Shown in pieces: positions 1 through 20,225 of a stretch of DNA of 64,000 nucleotides. The translations under genes were made by a program, and so were the position numbers. The notes under the pieces are model-generated. The model saw only the letters and a list, made by a program, of their open reading frames with translations. It made no database searches and was not told the DNA's origin. Each line of letters begins with the position of its first letter. The first letter of the stretch is position 1. Origin of the DNA: the human T2T-CHM13v2.0 reference genome, Homo sapiens. The stretch lies in assembly GCF_009914755.1 (NCBI RefSeq), contig NC_060926.1, one strand, 5' to 3'.

Positions 1-215
1 GAGACCAGCCTGGCCAACATGGTGAAACCCTGTCTCTACTAAAAATAAAAAAAATTAGCTGGGCATGGTGGTGCATGCCTGTAATCCCAGCTACTCAGGA
101 GGCTGAGGCAGGAGAATCACTTGAACCCAGGAGGCGGAGGTTGCAGTGAGTGGAGATCATGCCATTGCACTCCAGCCTGGGCAACAGAGCAAGACACCAT
201 CTCAAAAAAAAAAAA
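1..215 (+). mobile_element. Alu (AluS-type), 5' part cut by the window edge
   Basis: gagaccagcctggccaacatggtgaaaccc...ccattgcactccagcctgggcaacagagcaagac, then poly(A) at 204-215. Confidence 0.95.
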
Positions 216-504
216 TCCACCAGAAAAAGGTATGTAAAGGTATAAAGAAAATTAAGCAAATGTACAAACAAGCATAAAATGAGGCCCCAAGTGAATGAGG
301 AAAATACTACCCTCCTAGATAGGAAGGCTCAAATAGCATAAAGAAGTCTATCTTCCCAAAGCAATAGATAAACACGGTGTTTTTTCAATGAGAATATCAA
401 AGGAACTTTGAAGGAATTTAATTGATTTTCAACTTCATCTGGAACAATAATGATTGTTGTCAATTGTCTGTTAATCTGAAACAACAATTATTGTTGTTAA
501 TTGC

Positions 505-1445
505 CCCAGGCTCCAGGCCAGCCCCCTTAACTCTAGGCACCAGTCTAATACCTGTGGACCCAAATCCAAACCAGCCCTTGCAGACCTAGACTTCATACTT
601 GCCCCAACACCAGGCTAGTCCAAGGCTCCAGTGGGTCCTGGGTCCAGGGTCCAAGCCCATTCCAATAGACCCCAGCACCAGGCCAGTCTTCATGGACCAA
701 AACTCCAAGAACATACTTGTAGATCCAGGCTGTATGCTGGCCTCCACAAACCAAGGACTAAGGCCCACCCCCAGCACTAGGCTGGCCCATGGACCCAAAA
801 ATCAGGCTAGTCCCTGCAGATATAGGCTCCAGGCCTGCCCTGATAGTCTTAGGTCCCACACCCACCCATATAGCCGTCTTATCCAGGCACGTCCCATCAG
901 ACCCTAGTTCGAAGCCCACCCCAGTGGACCCAGACTCCAGGCTCAACCCTGCAGACCCAGATGCCATGTCCTGTCCACACACCTGCTGACTCTGACACTG
1001 GGCCAGCCTGCCCAAGGACTCCAGTGGCAAGCCTGCTGAAGGATCACAGTAAGCAGCCTGTGTGAATCTCTGATGAAGGGCTTTCCCTGCCTAAGCCCGT
1101 CTGTAAAGACTGAAATAAGAGACTACTTCTTCAAATGTGCAGATACCAATGCATGGCCACAAGGATCACAAACAATCAGGGAAACATGACACCACCAAAG
1201 GAAAAACATAAAGCACAAGTAACCAAACCTAAAGAAATAGAGATTTATAAACTGCCTGACAAAGAATTCCAAATGGTCATCTTAAAGAAGCTCAGTGAGT
1301 TATAAGAGAGTTACAGGAAGACAATTAAACAAAATCAGGAAAACAATACATGGAACAAAATCAGAAGTTCAACAAAGAGGTGGAAACCATAAAAAAGAAA
1401 CAAACAGAAATTCTGAAATGAAAAAAACACAATGACTGAACTAGA
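505..1445 (+). mobile_element. Old L1M 5' region: degenerate ~30-bp tandem-repeat 5'UTR plus ORF1 start
   Basis: Repeated ccaggctccaggcc/gacccag units at 505-1030, then an ORF1-like remnant (atgacaccaccaaag...gagatttataaactgcctgacaaagaattc...aagaagctcagtgag). Confidence 0.75.
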
Positions 1446-2934
1446 ATGGTCCTGGGTTGGTACTGTAACCAGAAATCTGGCAAAAGCAAACACAAATCCT
1501 CTCTTAAGAAACGCACCTGTATCACAGATCCCAAGCAAATTCTCCTCCCTTCTCTCCCCTCAAAAATTCAAGGAAAATTAGCAATTCTCAATCAAAACAA
1601 AACAACAAAAACAAGCACCATAAGTGAGAGAGATCAACAACAATGGTTAGAAAAGTGAGGTATACGAATACTTATATATTTTTATGTATTTTTATAAATG
1701 GTATAGAATGAAGTACAGAGGCATAAAGAAGAGAAAACATTAAACAAGGGTTAAAAGATATGAAGTAGAGACTAAATATATATAGTCCACAATCTATGTA
1801 AAGAATTTTATAAAATACCTAAATGATATAATTAATAGAATTGAATTAATGTGTACACATTGAACTCTGTACTCAACAAACAGACATCCAAAGTCACAGA
1901 GGCCCTTTCCTGGGCACAATATTGAGGAGGCTACAAGCACTTGAGAGAACTCCAGCTTTGAGCCCATTGCCATCCAACAAAAGATAGGCCATAGCATATA
2001 GCAAAGGCTGAAGGTAGAAAGGTAGGCAAGTAAGCCTGCAGCATTGCTAGAAAACAGCAAGAAAAAAAGAAAGTCAGGAAGAATAAGGGCTTATATCCAC
2101 ACCAGAAAGGCAGAAAGCCTAAACGGGTTGTTTAAAACATTGGATTAGACTGAGGCTACTGGGGTTTTTTCATTTTCATTACTTTTAACAAATAAACATG
2201 AGAACTATCAAATTTCAATTAGGCTTAAAGGGAAATGACAGACTAAGAGGCTTGGTCTTTTATTATAAGAGAATTTAAGACATATATTTACTAATAAATT
2301 GGAGGGTATGGGTTAAAAGTTTTTCATCATAAGCAATCAGTACAAATAGTACTTTCAAACAGTATTATTAATTTACAATATGCAGGCTTCGTTTGCTTTA
2401 GAAAGTATATGATTAAAATTAACATCTAATTATAATGAAAAATAAGAAGTCTTATAAAACCAAAAACAGGGTTCTACCTCCTAGACATGAGAAAGAATAT
2501 CTAACTCAAAACAATGCCAACATCACAAACCATCCAGAGATTACCACTTTCACAAACCACCCAAGAGATTACCATTAAATAAAGAATAGGTCTACAATGG
2601 CTGCTATCTGTAGATTATTTACACTCTTCTGAGAGTAAAGCAAAGAAAATACACTAAACAACTCTACCAAATGAATGTATAGATCATGAAAATTTAAAAG
2701 AAATTGAGCAGAACTGGTAAATTTTACCTTTGTCTTTGAGGTTCTTCGATTTTACTATACTGTATTTAAATGTAAGATTTTATTATCTATCCTGTGAACT
2801 CTTTCAACCTGAGGTCTTTGAACTCTTCTCTCTGAAGTCTTTCATGTTTCCTTCATTCTTGGAAATAGTTTACCATGTTCTAGTTAATACTATGCAAGTA
2901 TATATATATAAAACAAAACAAAACAAAAAAAACC

Positions 2935-3226
2935 CAGCAGGGCAGGGTGGCTCACACCTGTAATCCCAACATTTTGGGATGCTGAAGTGTGAGGCTTGCT
3001 TGAGGCCAAGAGTTTGAGACAAGCCTGGGTAACATAGGAAGACCTCATCTCTGCAAAAGATTTAAAAATTTAGCCTGTCACAGTGGCAGTGCCTGTAGTC
3101 GCAGCTACTTAGGAGGCTGAGGAAGGAGGATTGCTTGAGTCCAGGAATTTGAGGCTGCAGTGAGCTATGATCTCACCACCACACTCCAGCCTGGGCAACA
3201 GAGAGAGACCCAGTCTCTAAAAAAAA
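2935..3226 (+). mobile_element. AluJ
   Basis: Dimeric Alu with J-type ggaggattgcttgag and gaggctgcagtgagctatgat; A tail. Confidence 0.9.
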
Positions 3227-3581
3227 GAAGGAAAGAAACACAGTAGAGATACTGCTTACAAACTGTAATTACTGAAATAAAGAACTTGGGTTGATGGTAT
3301 GCACATTAGAATGGATTCCACAGAATGAAGATTTTATGAGCAGAAGAGCAAGTCAAAGAATCTTTCCAGAAAGCATCGGGGGTAATAAGTCGACTTCCAG
3401 GTAATAGGAGTGTCAAAAGGAGAGGGGAAAACAAACAGAGGGGAGAAAATACTTGAAAAAAATTCATAATGACTTAAAATTCCTAAAACTTTCAGAGAGA
3501 AAAAGCAAATTACAGACAACAGACCAAAAGACATCAGGCTTCTCAACAATATTATTGGCACCAAGAAGACATCAGCGAGAC

Positions 3582-3905
<324 letters not shown>

Positions 3906-4934
3906 AGCAGTGAAACTTTAAAGAGACCCAAAGAGGCTGGCTAAATGGGTCTGCATAAAACATGGGGAGGAATTTCTTCTTGCTTCTGAGATATAGATAG
4001 ATCAAACAGATGAAAGAAATGGGGAGAGAAGGTAGTGTTGGAGAGTGAGAAGGTCTGAGGGTGGAGACTTTATGTGGTGAGATACACCCACAAGAAATTT
4101 CCCAGTGGTGAAGTAGCCAAAGGAGATTTAAGTATAAAAAAAATTCAAAACTTAATTTAAGGTGATTTATATTGCTACAACATAAACTACTTTCTCATGC
4201 TCCCACAAACCTCAGAAACTGATAGTAAAATATTTTGTGCTCCTGAATACTTTCTATGAGTATGTGTAAGAGTGTGTGTGTGTTTGTGTGTGCATAAAAT
4301 TCATGGAAGGGGTTGAGTGTAACAACTAGGCTGATGTGTCTGGACTAGACGCAGTCTCACCAAAATGAGGAACCTGGAGGCAGAGACAACGGAAAGGATG
4401 AAAGCCCAGCATTTGTAGAAATCTTGGGAGGGAGAGGTTAGACTTCCACAGAGTTTTGAGCCAAGCCCATCTGGATAAGCCAGGACCTGGAAAACTTCAT
4501 TCCAGCTGACACCTGGGTTACAAAGTACTTCCACCTCCAGAACAAAAACATTCTCTCCAGGATGCCTCCTGCACCTTGGGTTCTTTGTGTATGAACTCTC
4601 TGACAAATATGCCTCCCTTTCTTCTGGGTTCTCAGACCTCCCCCTCTGCTGCCTTGTATTCAGCCTTTCACCTCCATTAGCATGCCTTGATGCTTTTTCA
4701 TTGTCAAATCCAACATAAGCTTCCCAAGTACATCTCTTCTGATTTCCCCAGGCCACTGACTCATGGGGTCACCCCCACTACTCTCACAGTTTCATGGTAA
4801 GTATACAACACTACCCTGAACTTGAGGCGCCTGAACATCATCAGCAAACTCATGTGCTTGAAAGGAAGGAGCATTTTATTGTAACATTCACTTCATTTCA
4901 AACTTTTCAAACTTTTTATGTTATGTTTAGTAAC

Positions 4935-5112
4935 TGTTTTAGATTTTGCAAGCCATACGGCCTCTGTTGCAACTATTCAGCTCTGCCATTACAGCAAGAA
5001 AGCAGCATAGATGATATGTAAACAAATGGGCAGAGCTGTGTGCCAGCAACATTTTATTTACAAAAGGCAGTGAGCAGGATGAAGCACACAGGCCTTAGTT
5101 TGCCAAAGCCTA
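4935..5112. mobile_element. MER58A-like hAT-Charlie DNA transposon fossil
   Basis: ctctgttgcaactattcagctctgcc...agcagcatagatgatatgtaaacaaatgggc...tagtttgcc resembles the MER58 consensus. Confidence 0.75.
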
Positions 5113-5401
5113 ATCTAAATAAGCACTTGCCAAGATGAATCTGACTCCCCTAGGTGATTAAGTACAGGTAAGGCCTGTGGGCAGCTGGATCTGGGTAATG
5201 TTGACATAACATTCCTGTGAGTGTCCAAATCTCTCCTCAAACTTTTTAAAGATTTTGAGATTTCTTAAAGTGGATTTTAGCTCTAGACTTCTGCTCTGGC
5301 CTGGGCTGCCTCTGGTCCATACTTGGTCTACTCTGATTTATGCACGTAAGCTGTGCACTGATTTACACACTTCCTAAACCCCTTTACTACATTTTGGTGA
5401 G

Positions 5402-5793
5402 TGTCTTAGTTGGCTTGGGCTACCCTAACAAAGCACTACAGACTGGGTGGTTTAAGCAGCAGAAAATTATTTCCTCACAATTCTGAAGAATGGAAGTCCA
5501 CCATCAAGGTGTCAGCAGGGTGGGTTTCTCTGGAGGCCTCTCTCCTTGGCTTGCAGACAGCCACCTTCTCCCTATATCTTCATGAGCGTGTCCTGCTGTG
5601 CATGTCCGTGCCCTAATCTCCTCTTCTTATAAGGACAGCAATCATATTGGACTATAGCCCACCCTCATGACCCTATTTTAATCAACTACCTCTTTAAAGA
5701 CCCTGTCTCCAAATACATTCACATTCTGAGGTACCGGGAGCTAGGATGTCTGTTCAGTACAAATTTGAGAAGAATGCAATTCAGCCCATAACA
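5402..5793 (-). mobile_element. MaLR solo LTR (MLT1A/MLT1A0-like)
   Basis: tgtcttagt...cagactgggtggtttaa...ctcctcttcttataaggaca...aattcagcccataaca; TG...CA ends. Confidence 0.85.
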
Positions 5794-6059
5794 GTGAGAA
5801 TTTAAACTTTTATAAAGAGCATGGTTATAGGAAAGAGTTGCCATGCATACCACGAAACAAAACTTTAAAAATTGCTGTTAGCTGTTCTTATTGTTAAAAG
5901 CCTTTTTGTACCTGCCACTGTAGTCTCTAATCAGTCTCTATATCCCAAGAAGTATCCAGAGTCCCACCACTTAACCAGCATCCCTCTAATCCACCCCTTT
6001 TATCAAATCTTTACCTCTGTCCCTCTGGATTGCAGTCACACAGTGTCAGTTTGCTTTAA

Positions 6060-6460
6060 GACTGAGGTTAAGCACTCAATCAATCCATAATGTCTATGTG
6101 ATGAAGACCCAATAAAAACTCCGGACACTGAAGCTTGGGGGAGTGTTCATGGTTGGCAATCTTCTATGAACGTTATCACACATTGATGGTGGAGGATGAA
6201 TGCATCCTGACTACACACAGAGAAGGCAACAGAAGCTCCACATTCCACTTCCTCCTGGACTCTGCCTGGCGTGCTTCTTCCTGGCTGATTTTTATCTATA
6301 CCCTTTCCCTGTAATAAACTGTAACCATGAGTATAACAGCCTTTTAGTGAGTTTTGTGAATCTCTCTAAGAAATTATTGAACCTGAGAGTGCTATTAGGG
6401 ACCCTTTTAAATTTGCAATTGATGTCAGACGTGAGGGAGAGCTTGTGTGGACTAAGTTTT
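6060..6460 (+). mobile_element. MER21-family LTR fragment
   Basis: ccaataaaaactccggacact...gtaataaactgtaaccatgagtataacagc...gtgagttttgtgaatc. Confidence 0.7.
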
Positions 6461-6855
6461 TTTGTGTGTAATACCGCTCATATTTCCTTGAGACCCAGCT
6501 CAAAAAGAATTTGTTCCAAGTTCTTCAAAAGAAGGCACACAAAATAATGAGAGGGATACCATCAGAAACTGAGATGCAAAACCTTACTGGTACCTCTGAG
6601 AGGAGAAGAGAGCCTGCTAACTTCTCTAACCCTCTAACTTCAGAAACAGATTCATCAGTTGCCATGCAACTAGACACTGCAATGCAAAGTAGAACCAATA
6701 TACAACCCTGAAAGCAAAGTTATTTCTTTCAGAAAATCAATAAGATTGATAAATCACTAGCTAGACTGATCAGGACAAAAAAGAGAAGACAAAAAATCAG
6801 TATCAGGAAGGAGAAAGGTGACAATTAATACAGACTCTAAAGGTAGGGAATGATA

Positions 6856-6901
6856 TTAGGTTGGTGCAAAAGTTATTGCGGTTTTTGCCATTACCTTCAA
6901 T
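6856..6901. mobile_element. MADE1 (Hsmar1 mariner MITE), half element
   Basis: ttaggttggtgcaaaagttattgcggtttttgccatta matches the MADE1 TIR. Confidence 0.85.
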
Positions 6902-6989
6902 TTAAACTTTGAGCCAATGAATTTGCTAACTTATAGAAAACAGACTGATTTTTGAAAGACATAAACTACAAAAACTCACTCTAGATTTA

Positions 6990-7198
6990 CAAGCTTGTCC
7001 AACCTACCTTATTTTTGTAGTTGTTGTCTTTCTGTTTTGTTTTGTTTTGTTTTAGGCTTTTAGCAGCCTGAAGCCATGGTTTTTAGTTTTTGTCTCTAGT
7101 GATAAGTGGAAAACAAGGATGAGGAAGGGGCTTCACTGGCCCAACCAGAAACAGAAACTAAGAACCCATGACTATATTCTGTCCCTTGGACATCCCTG
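6990..7198. mobile_element. MER30-family (MER30B-like) hAT-Charlie element
   Basis: Termini caagcttgtccaacc ... ttggacatccctg, typical of the MER30 group. Confidence 0.65.
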
Positions 7199-8117
7199 CA
7201 AAAAAAAGAGATAACCTGAATATCTCTTTATCTATTAAATAAATTACATTTGTAGTGAAAACTCCAGACCCACAGGGCTTCAATGGTAATATCCCAAACA
7301 TTTAAGGACAAAAGTCACCAACTCTAAACAAATTCTTCCAAAAAATTGAAGAGAAAGGAATATTTCTCAATTCATTCTATGAGGCCAGAATCACCCAAAT
7401 ACCAAAACCAGAAAAAGACATTGAAAAAAAAAAACAAACCCTAAAGACCAATATATGCTTTATGATCACAGATTTAAAACTCTTTATACATTTTTAGAAA
7501 ATCAAATACAACTCTCTCTCTCTCTCTCTCTCTCAACTAGAGTTCATTCCAAGAAAGCAAGGTTGGTTGAACGTTAAAATCAACCAATAATTCACCAAAT
7601 TATCCATCTAGAAAGGAAAACTATATTAATATCTCCACAGATTCAGGAAAAGCAATTAAAGAATCCAACATCTATTTCAGATAAATTACAAACTAAAAAT
7701 AGAAAGAAATGTTCTCAGGCTGATACAATAAGTCTTTGAAAAGTCTCTAGCTAACATTATGAAAGATTGAATGCTTTCACTATAATATCGTAAGCAAGGC
7801 AAGACCGTTCACTATCTTCTATTTAACAACATACTGGAGGTTCTAACTGATGCGTAAGTAAAGAAAAAAAAAGACATCCATATTTCAAAGGAAGAATTAA
7901 AATTGTTTTTATTCTCAGATGGCATGATCAGATATATAGCTAAGCAGGTGGAATCTACAAAATAGCTTCTAGGATTAATATGTAAGTTTAGCAAGATTGC
8001 ACCATACAAGATAGATAAACAAAATCAGTTGTAGTTCTACATAATAGCAATGAACAATCATAAATTGAAATTAAAAATAGAAATACCATTTACAATGGCA
8101 TAAAAAATATAAAATAC

Positions 8118-8375
8118 GGGAGGCAGAGGTGGGCAGATCATGGGGTCAGGAGACCGAGACCATCCTGGCTAACACAGTGAAACCTCGTCTTTACTAAAAA
8201 TACAAAAACTTAGCTGGGTGTGGTGGTGGGTGCCTGTAGTCCCAGCTACTGGGGAGGCTGAGGCAGGAGAATGGCGCGAACCCAGGAGGCGGAGCTTGCA
8301 GTGAGCCAAGATTGCGCCACTGCACTCCAGCCTGGGCGACAGAGCGAAACTCCGTCTCACAAAAAAAAAAAAAAA
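8118..8375 (+). mobile_element. AluY, slightly 5'-truncated
   Basis: AluY diagnostics gaccatcctggctaacac, gagaatggcg, ggagcttgcag; TSD ending atataaaatac. Confidence 0.92.
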
Positions 8376-8383
8376 GGAAGAAA

Positions 8384-8404
8384 ATATATATGTATTTATA
8401 TGTA

Positions 8405-8436
<32 letters not shown>
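8384..8436. repeat. (TA)n/(TATG)n microsatellite
   Basis: atatatatgtatttatatgtatatatgtatatatatatata... Confidence 0.95.
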
Positions 8437-8441
<5 letters not shown>

Positions 8442-9169
8442 CTTGGGAATAATTTGACAAAATATTTCCAAGGCCACTATACTTAATACTACAAAGCATT
8501 GCTGATAAAAATGAAAGAATACCTAAACAAATGAAAAAATATATCTTGCTCATAGATAAGAGTTAATATAGTTAAAATATAGAGTCTTCAAACTGGTATG
8601 CAAAATCAATGAAATTCCAGTCAAAATTCAACTGCCTTTTTTTATAGAAATTGAAAAAGCTCATTTTAAACTTTATATGGAGGTGCATGGGACCTAGAAG
8701 AATCAAAATGATGCTGAAAAAGAATAACAAAGATGAATAACTCAAATATCTGTGTGTAAGCTTTACAATAAAGCTACAATAATCAAAACAGTGTGGTATT
8801 GGTGTAAAACTGGACAAACTGATCAATGGGATAGATTCTAGAATATAGACTAACATATGTATGGTAAATTTATTTTCAACAATAGTGCTAAGTTAATTCA
8901 GCAGGAAAAGGATAATCTATTCACCAAATAGTTGTTAGAACAATTGGATAGCCATATACAAAAAATAACCATAACCTTTCCTTCACATTTCCATCATATA
9001 AAAAATTAGCTTTATTCTGCTGAGCAGTCAAGGGAGGAAAAGAATTAACTTGAAATGGATCATATATGTAAATATAAGAGCAAAAACTTAAAAATATCCA
9101 GAATAGAATACAAAACAAAACCATAGTAACCTTGGATTCAGCAAAGAGTTATTTTTGTTGCTGTGTTTC

Positions 9170-9303
9170 CTTTCTTTCTTTTTTTAGATATGGGGTCTTG
9201 CTGTGTTCTGTAGGCTGGGCTTGAACTCCTGGCCTCAAGTGATCCTCCCCACTCGGCCTCCCAAGTAGCTGCAGACTACAGGCACATGTCACCATACCCA
9301 GCT
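9170..9303 (-). mobile_element. FLAM (Alu monomer)
   Basis: Single-arm reverse Alu, agatatggggtcttgc...cacatgtcaccatacccagc. Confidence 0.8.
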
Positions 9304-10689
9304 AGAATTTGTAAATATGACACAAAATGTATAAACTATAAAAAGAAAAATGAGAACAAGTGGATTTCATCAAAATTTAAAACTTTTGCCCTACAAAAGA
9401 CAATGTTAAGAAAATTAAAAGGCAAGCCACATACTAGAAGAAATTATTTGAAAAAAGTGTCTTACAAAGAACTTCTATATGGAATACATAAAAAGCTTAT
9501 GATTCAAAAATAAGAAGACAAACCATGTTTTTAATGGGCAAAAGATTTAAACAGATACTTAGCCAAATAAGGTATACAGATGGTAAATAAGCACATGAAA
9601 GGATGTTCAACCTAGTTATCAGGGAATTACTAATTTAAACAATAAGACACCCCTACACACCCACTAGAATGGCTAAAAGTGAAAAGATTGAGTACATCAA
9701 ATGTTGGCAAGGATCTAGGGCAACTCTCACACACTGCTGTTAGGAATGTAAAATGTCACAATTACTTTGGAAAACAGTTCAACAGTTTCTTAAAAGGTTA
9801 AGCATACATTTGCCATATGACCCAGCCATTCCACTCTTAGGTACTTATCTAATTAGGAGTAATGAAAGCTCATGTCTACACAAAAACTTGTACACAAATG
9901 TTCTTAGTAGCTTTATTGATAATAACCACAAGCTGGGAACAACCCAAGTGCCCATTAACTATTAAATGGATAAACCAAATGTGGTTAATCCATGCCAAGT
10001 AATACTACTCAGTAATAAAAACAAAAAAACTATTGATACAAAAGAATACAGATTAATTTTGAAACAATTGTCTGAGCTAAAGCAACCAGATACCCTCCCT
10101 GCCACCACCAAAAATGAGTATGTACCACATAATTTCATTTATATAAAATTTTAGAAAAGGCAAACTAATCCACAGTGAGAGAAAGCAGCCCAGTGATTGC
10201 CTGGGATCAGGGCTGGATGGAGGGATTACAAAGGGGTATGAGGAAATTTGGGGGCATGATGGACATATTCATTATCATAATTGTGGTGAGGGTTTCACAG
10301 GTGTATTGCATATGTCAACATTTATCAAATCTACACTTTAAACATCTGTAGTTTATGTATGTCAACTATACCTGAATTAACTTATAAAAAAGAACTATGA
10401 ATTAGTCACTGACGTCAGGTAAAAATGAAAATAAATACGTGTGTCACACACAAAAATAAAAAATATTATAGCTCATTGTCATGGATAATGAAGGAGACTA
10501 ATTCTGCCTGTGAAAACTTCACGCCCTGCAGGACAGGAGCTCTGTGAGAGAGCAACTAGTGGTCTGGAAGACTGGAGGAAGCCAGAGCCCAGTGAGTGTA
10601 TTAGAGAAATTCAAAAAAAAAGAGGTCAGTTCAAGGAGGAGAAGGGACACCTCCTCTGAGAATTAGGGAAGACCTTGAGGAAGAAGCAA

Positions 10690-15053
<4,364 letters not shown>

Positions 15054-16689
15054 ACAATCACTAATATTTGTGTGTTTACCTCTAGGATTTTAATGCACTT
15101 CTTAATATGGTGGTGATTAAAATACATAAACATTTTTGTGTCCTACTAAGATTATTTTGTATGTACATAAGGGTAATTAATTAGGTGACTAGGTTTATTT
15201 CCACTTTATATCTGGGGAATTACATATGCTCACATACACAGGATTTATCAGTGCACTATATCATTAAGAGATCATCACACACCACAATGAGCTATCATCT
15301 TTTTTTATTTTTGTGTGTGATATATGTATTTATTTTAATTTTTTACCTGAGATCAGTCTTACATGGATGAGTGTCTAGATGGATAAAGGACAAAAATTAA
15401 AGCAGTGTTAGTTACAGACAGCATTTAATATTAAATTATTTAATAGTAACTACATTAATATGCTCATCTAAAATCAGCTAATGGAGAGTTAAGCATTAGC
15501 AAGTCCTGTCTGGAGACTTAGCAAGAATTATCAGCTTCCTGATAGTCAACTTTTGGGTTGAAGAGGTTTTTCAATGGAAATGTGTGCATTTGATGAATGC
15601 TAATTACATGGTTCAAAATCTTCTTTAGCCAATCCGTTTGCAGCTGTTATCCAAGTTATTTTATAAATGTCTGAAACAGCTGTCAACATTCTGAGGGGAA
15701 GCTCTTCAATCAATGAATTGACAGAAATGCAATACTTAGATTTTTCTGAGCAGAAGGCAAGAGAACATAATATACATATCTTTAGTGATGTAGCCAGCAA
15801 TGAAAGGGAACGATTGATACTGCCATTGTGTTTTAAAGTGTTGAAGAAAATGTTCATGCTCATGGGCATGGAAAAGATATTATAAGACTTGGATGGGAGA
15901 CCCACAAAGTCAAATGGGGTGTTAGAGTGTCCTAAGGATACAAGCAAAGCAATCTTATTTTCCGTCAATAAGAATGCTTCTAGTGGTGTATAGCAACATT
16001 GTAAATCATATTTTAATTAAAATTTTAGTACTTGTTGATGTTATTTGTTTATTGTCTCAATAAAGCATTTTTAACAGATGACATCTGGACATTTTGCTTA
16101 ATTTCTCTCTCTCTCTTTTTTCTCTATAAAATTCTTTAGTAAATCTAATTGTCGAGAAAGGCACCAGACTGACAGCTCTGGAAAATGAAGCCTTTTATTC
16201 AGCTTCAGAATTAGTGTATTCAGAAAAGAACTGCCTTTATGTGGCTATTGGCCTCAATTTCGCACTAGAGAGACTACTTCTTAAAAGAGGGCTTAGGTTA
16301 CTTTTATTCTTGCTATAGTATTTGCTTCTTGGTTAAGGTTGCAGCCTTAAGTGGAAAAATGAGCAACTGTTAGGGCAATGCTTTCTGGATCCTCATGAAT
16401 CAGAAATTACATTGAACCCACTATGTCATTCCATCTGCAAGTGATCCCAAAGTGATTCTTGAACCACCATGACCTACTTAAAAGTAACCCAATATTTTCC
16501 TTGCAAGAATGGGAGAATACCTTGTCGGCTCACATAAAAGGTATGGCATGCGACGATATGCCTGGAATTATAATGTAAGGATAAATGTGCATGCAGAAAT
16601 CATGAGCTCTGTCATAAAAGAAAAATATAAAAAAATCTGAGCATCATATGTTGAGTAGCATGCTCACTGCCATCAGAGAAAAAAAGGCA

Positions 16690-16862
16690 TAGAGCAGAGA
16701 TTCCTATGCCCATTAGAATTACTTGGGAAACATTTAGAAATCCCAAAGCCCAAGTCATACCCCAGATCATTCAACTAGAATCTCTGGGCCTGGGACCACA
16801 CATGTCTGTTTTCAACATATATCTTTTCAGCCTGTACATGTAGCCAGTGTTAAGAAACTTTG
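16690..16862. mobile_element. MER5-like hAT-Charlie fossil
   Basis: cattagaattacttggg...ccccagatcattcaactagaatctctggg...gccagtgttaagaaact. Confidence 0.6.
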
Positions 16863-17147
16863 GCATAGAGAACAGTCTCAATATTGATGGCACTTGCAAA
16901 AAGATGTAGTTTCTTTCTTAAGATGTCTTTTGTTTATAATCTGGAAAACAAAACATTCTGCCCCTCAATACAATAACATGTTAATAGAAAAATGTCTTGC
17001 TTTTGGCAAAAAAAGTCATCCTTTTTTCCCCATTAATATATTACTTGGTATTTATTGAAAAATTATTTAGCTGGTGCAGGGACAAGCTATTAAGAATTTT
17101 GTGGAGATTTACATAGAGAATATTTTATTGTTTTGAAATATGAAATA

Positions 17148-17260
17148 GGAGGTTGCGGTGAGCCAAGATCACACCACTGCACTCCAGCCTGGGTGACAGA
17201 GTGAGACTCTATCTCAAAAAAATAAAGAAATAATTAAAAAATGAAAAAGAAAAAAGAAAC
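17148..17260 (+). mobile_element. Alu 3' fragment
   Basis: ggaggttgcggtgagccaagatcacaccactgcactccagcctgggtgacagagtgagact plus an A-rich tail. Confidence 0.88.
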
Positions 17261-17273
17261 AAAAATTTACTAG

Positions 17274-19858
<2,585 letters not shown>

Positions 19859-20169
19859 GATAAAATTAAAGAGACACCACTATCAAGCTGAGAGAGAAAT
19901 GGTTTATGTGGAGAGGATAATAAGCCAATCAGGGAAAATGGCAAGGAAATGATGGAATATCCCAGCAAATTGTTTTTTTTTTTTCTAAATCCTCATTTAC
20001 TCACTCTTGTTCTGAATTTGAAGAATAAACTTGATCCATCTGGCCAAAGGAACATTCCATGAAATGTGGATACCAATCCTTAGGGCAAATTAGTGTTTGT
20101 GGTGATGAAATTATTTCAAAAACTTTTAAAGGATTTTCTCATATTATTTAGAGTGCTTTAGATTTTTTT

Positions 20170-20170
<1 letters not shown>

Positions 20171-20220
<50 letters not shown>
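20171..20220. repeat. Compound (CT)8(GT)17 microsatellite
   Basis: Read directly from the sequence. Confidence 0.95.

Positions 20221-20225
<5 letters not shown>

Larger units (their letters stand above)
6710..10390 (+). mobile_element. Old L1M (L1MB/L1ME-type) ORF2 remnant and 3'UTR, interrupted by MADE1, a MER30-like element, AluY and FLAM
   Basis: ORF2-like peptides (e.g. [29 protein letters not shown] 9753-9965); old-L1 3'UTR ending tatgtcaactatacctgaattaa. Confidence 0.85.

Noticed and set aside
586-1030. Pro-rich ORFs and a degenerate ~30-bp repeat as a novel gene or VNTR
   Set aside because: Explained by the tandem-repeat 5'UTR of an old L1M directly upstream of its ORF1 remnant
4301-4756. 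151-aa minus-strand ORF
   Set aside because: GTG start, no recognisable domain or exon structure
15600-15968. 122-aa ORF in unique sequence
   Set aside because: TTG start, no homology I recognise and no clear splice context; an ORF this long can occur by chance
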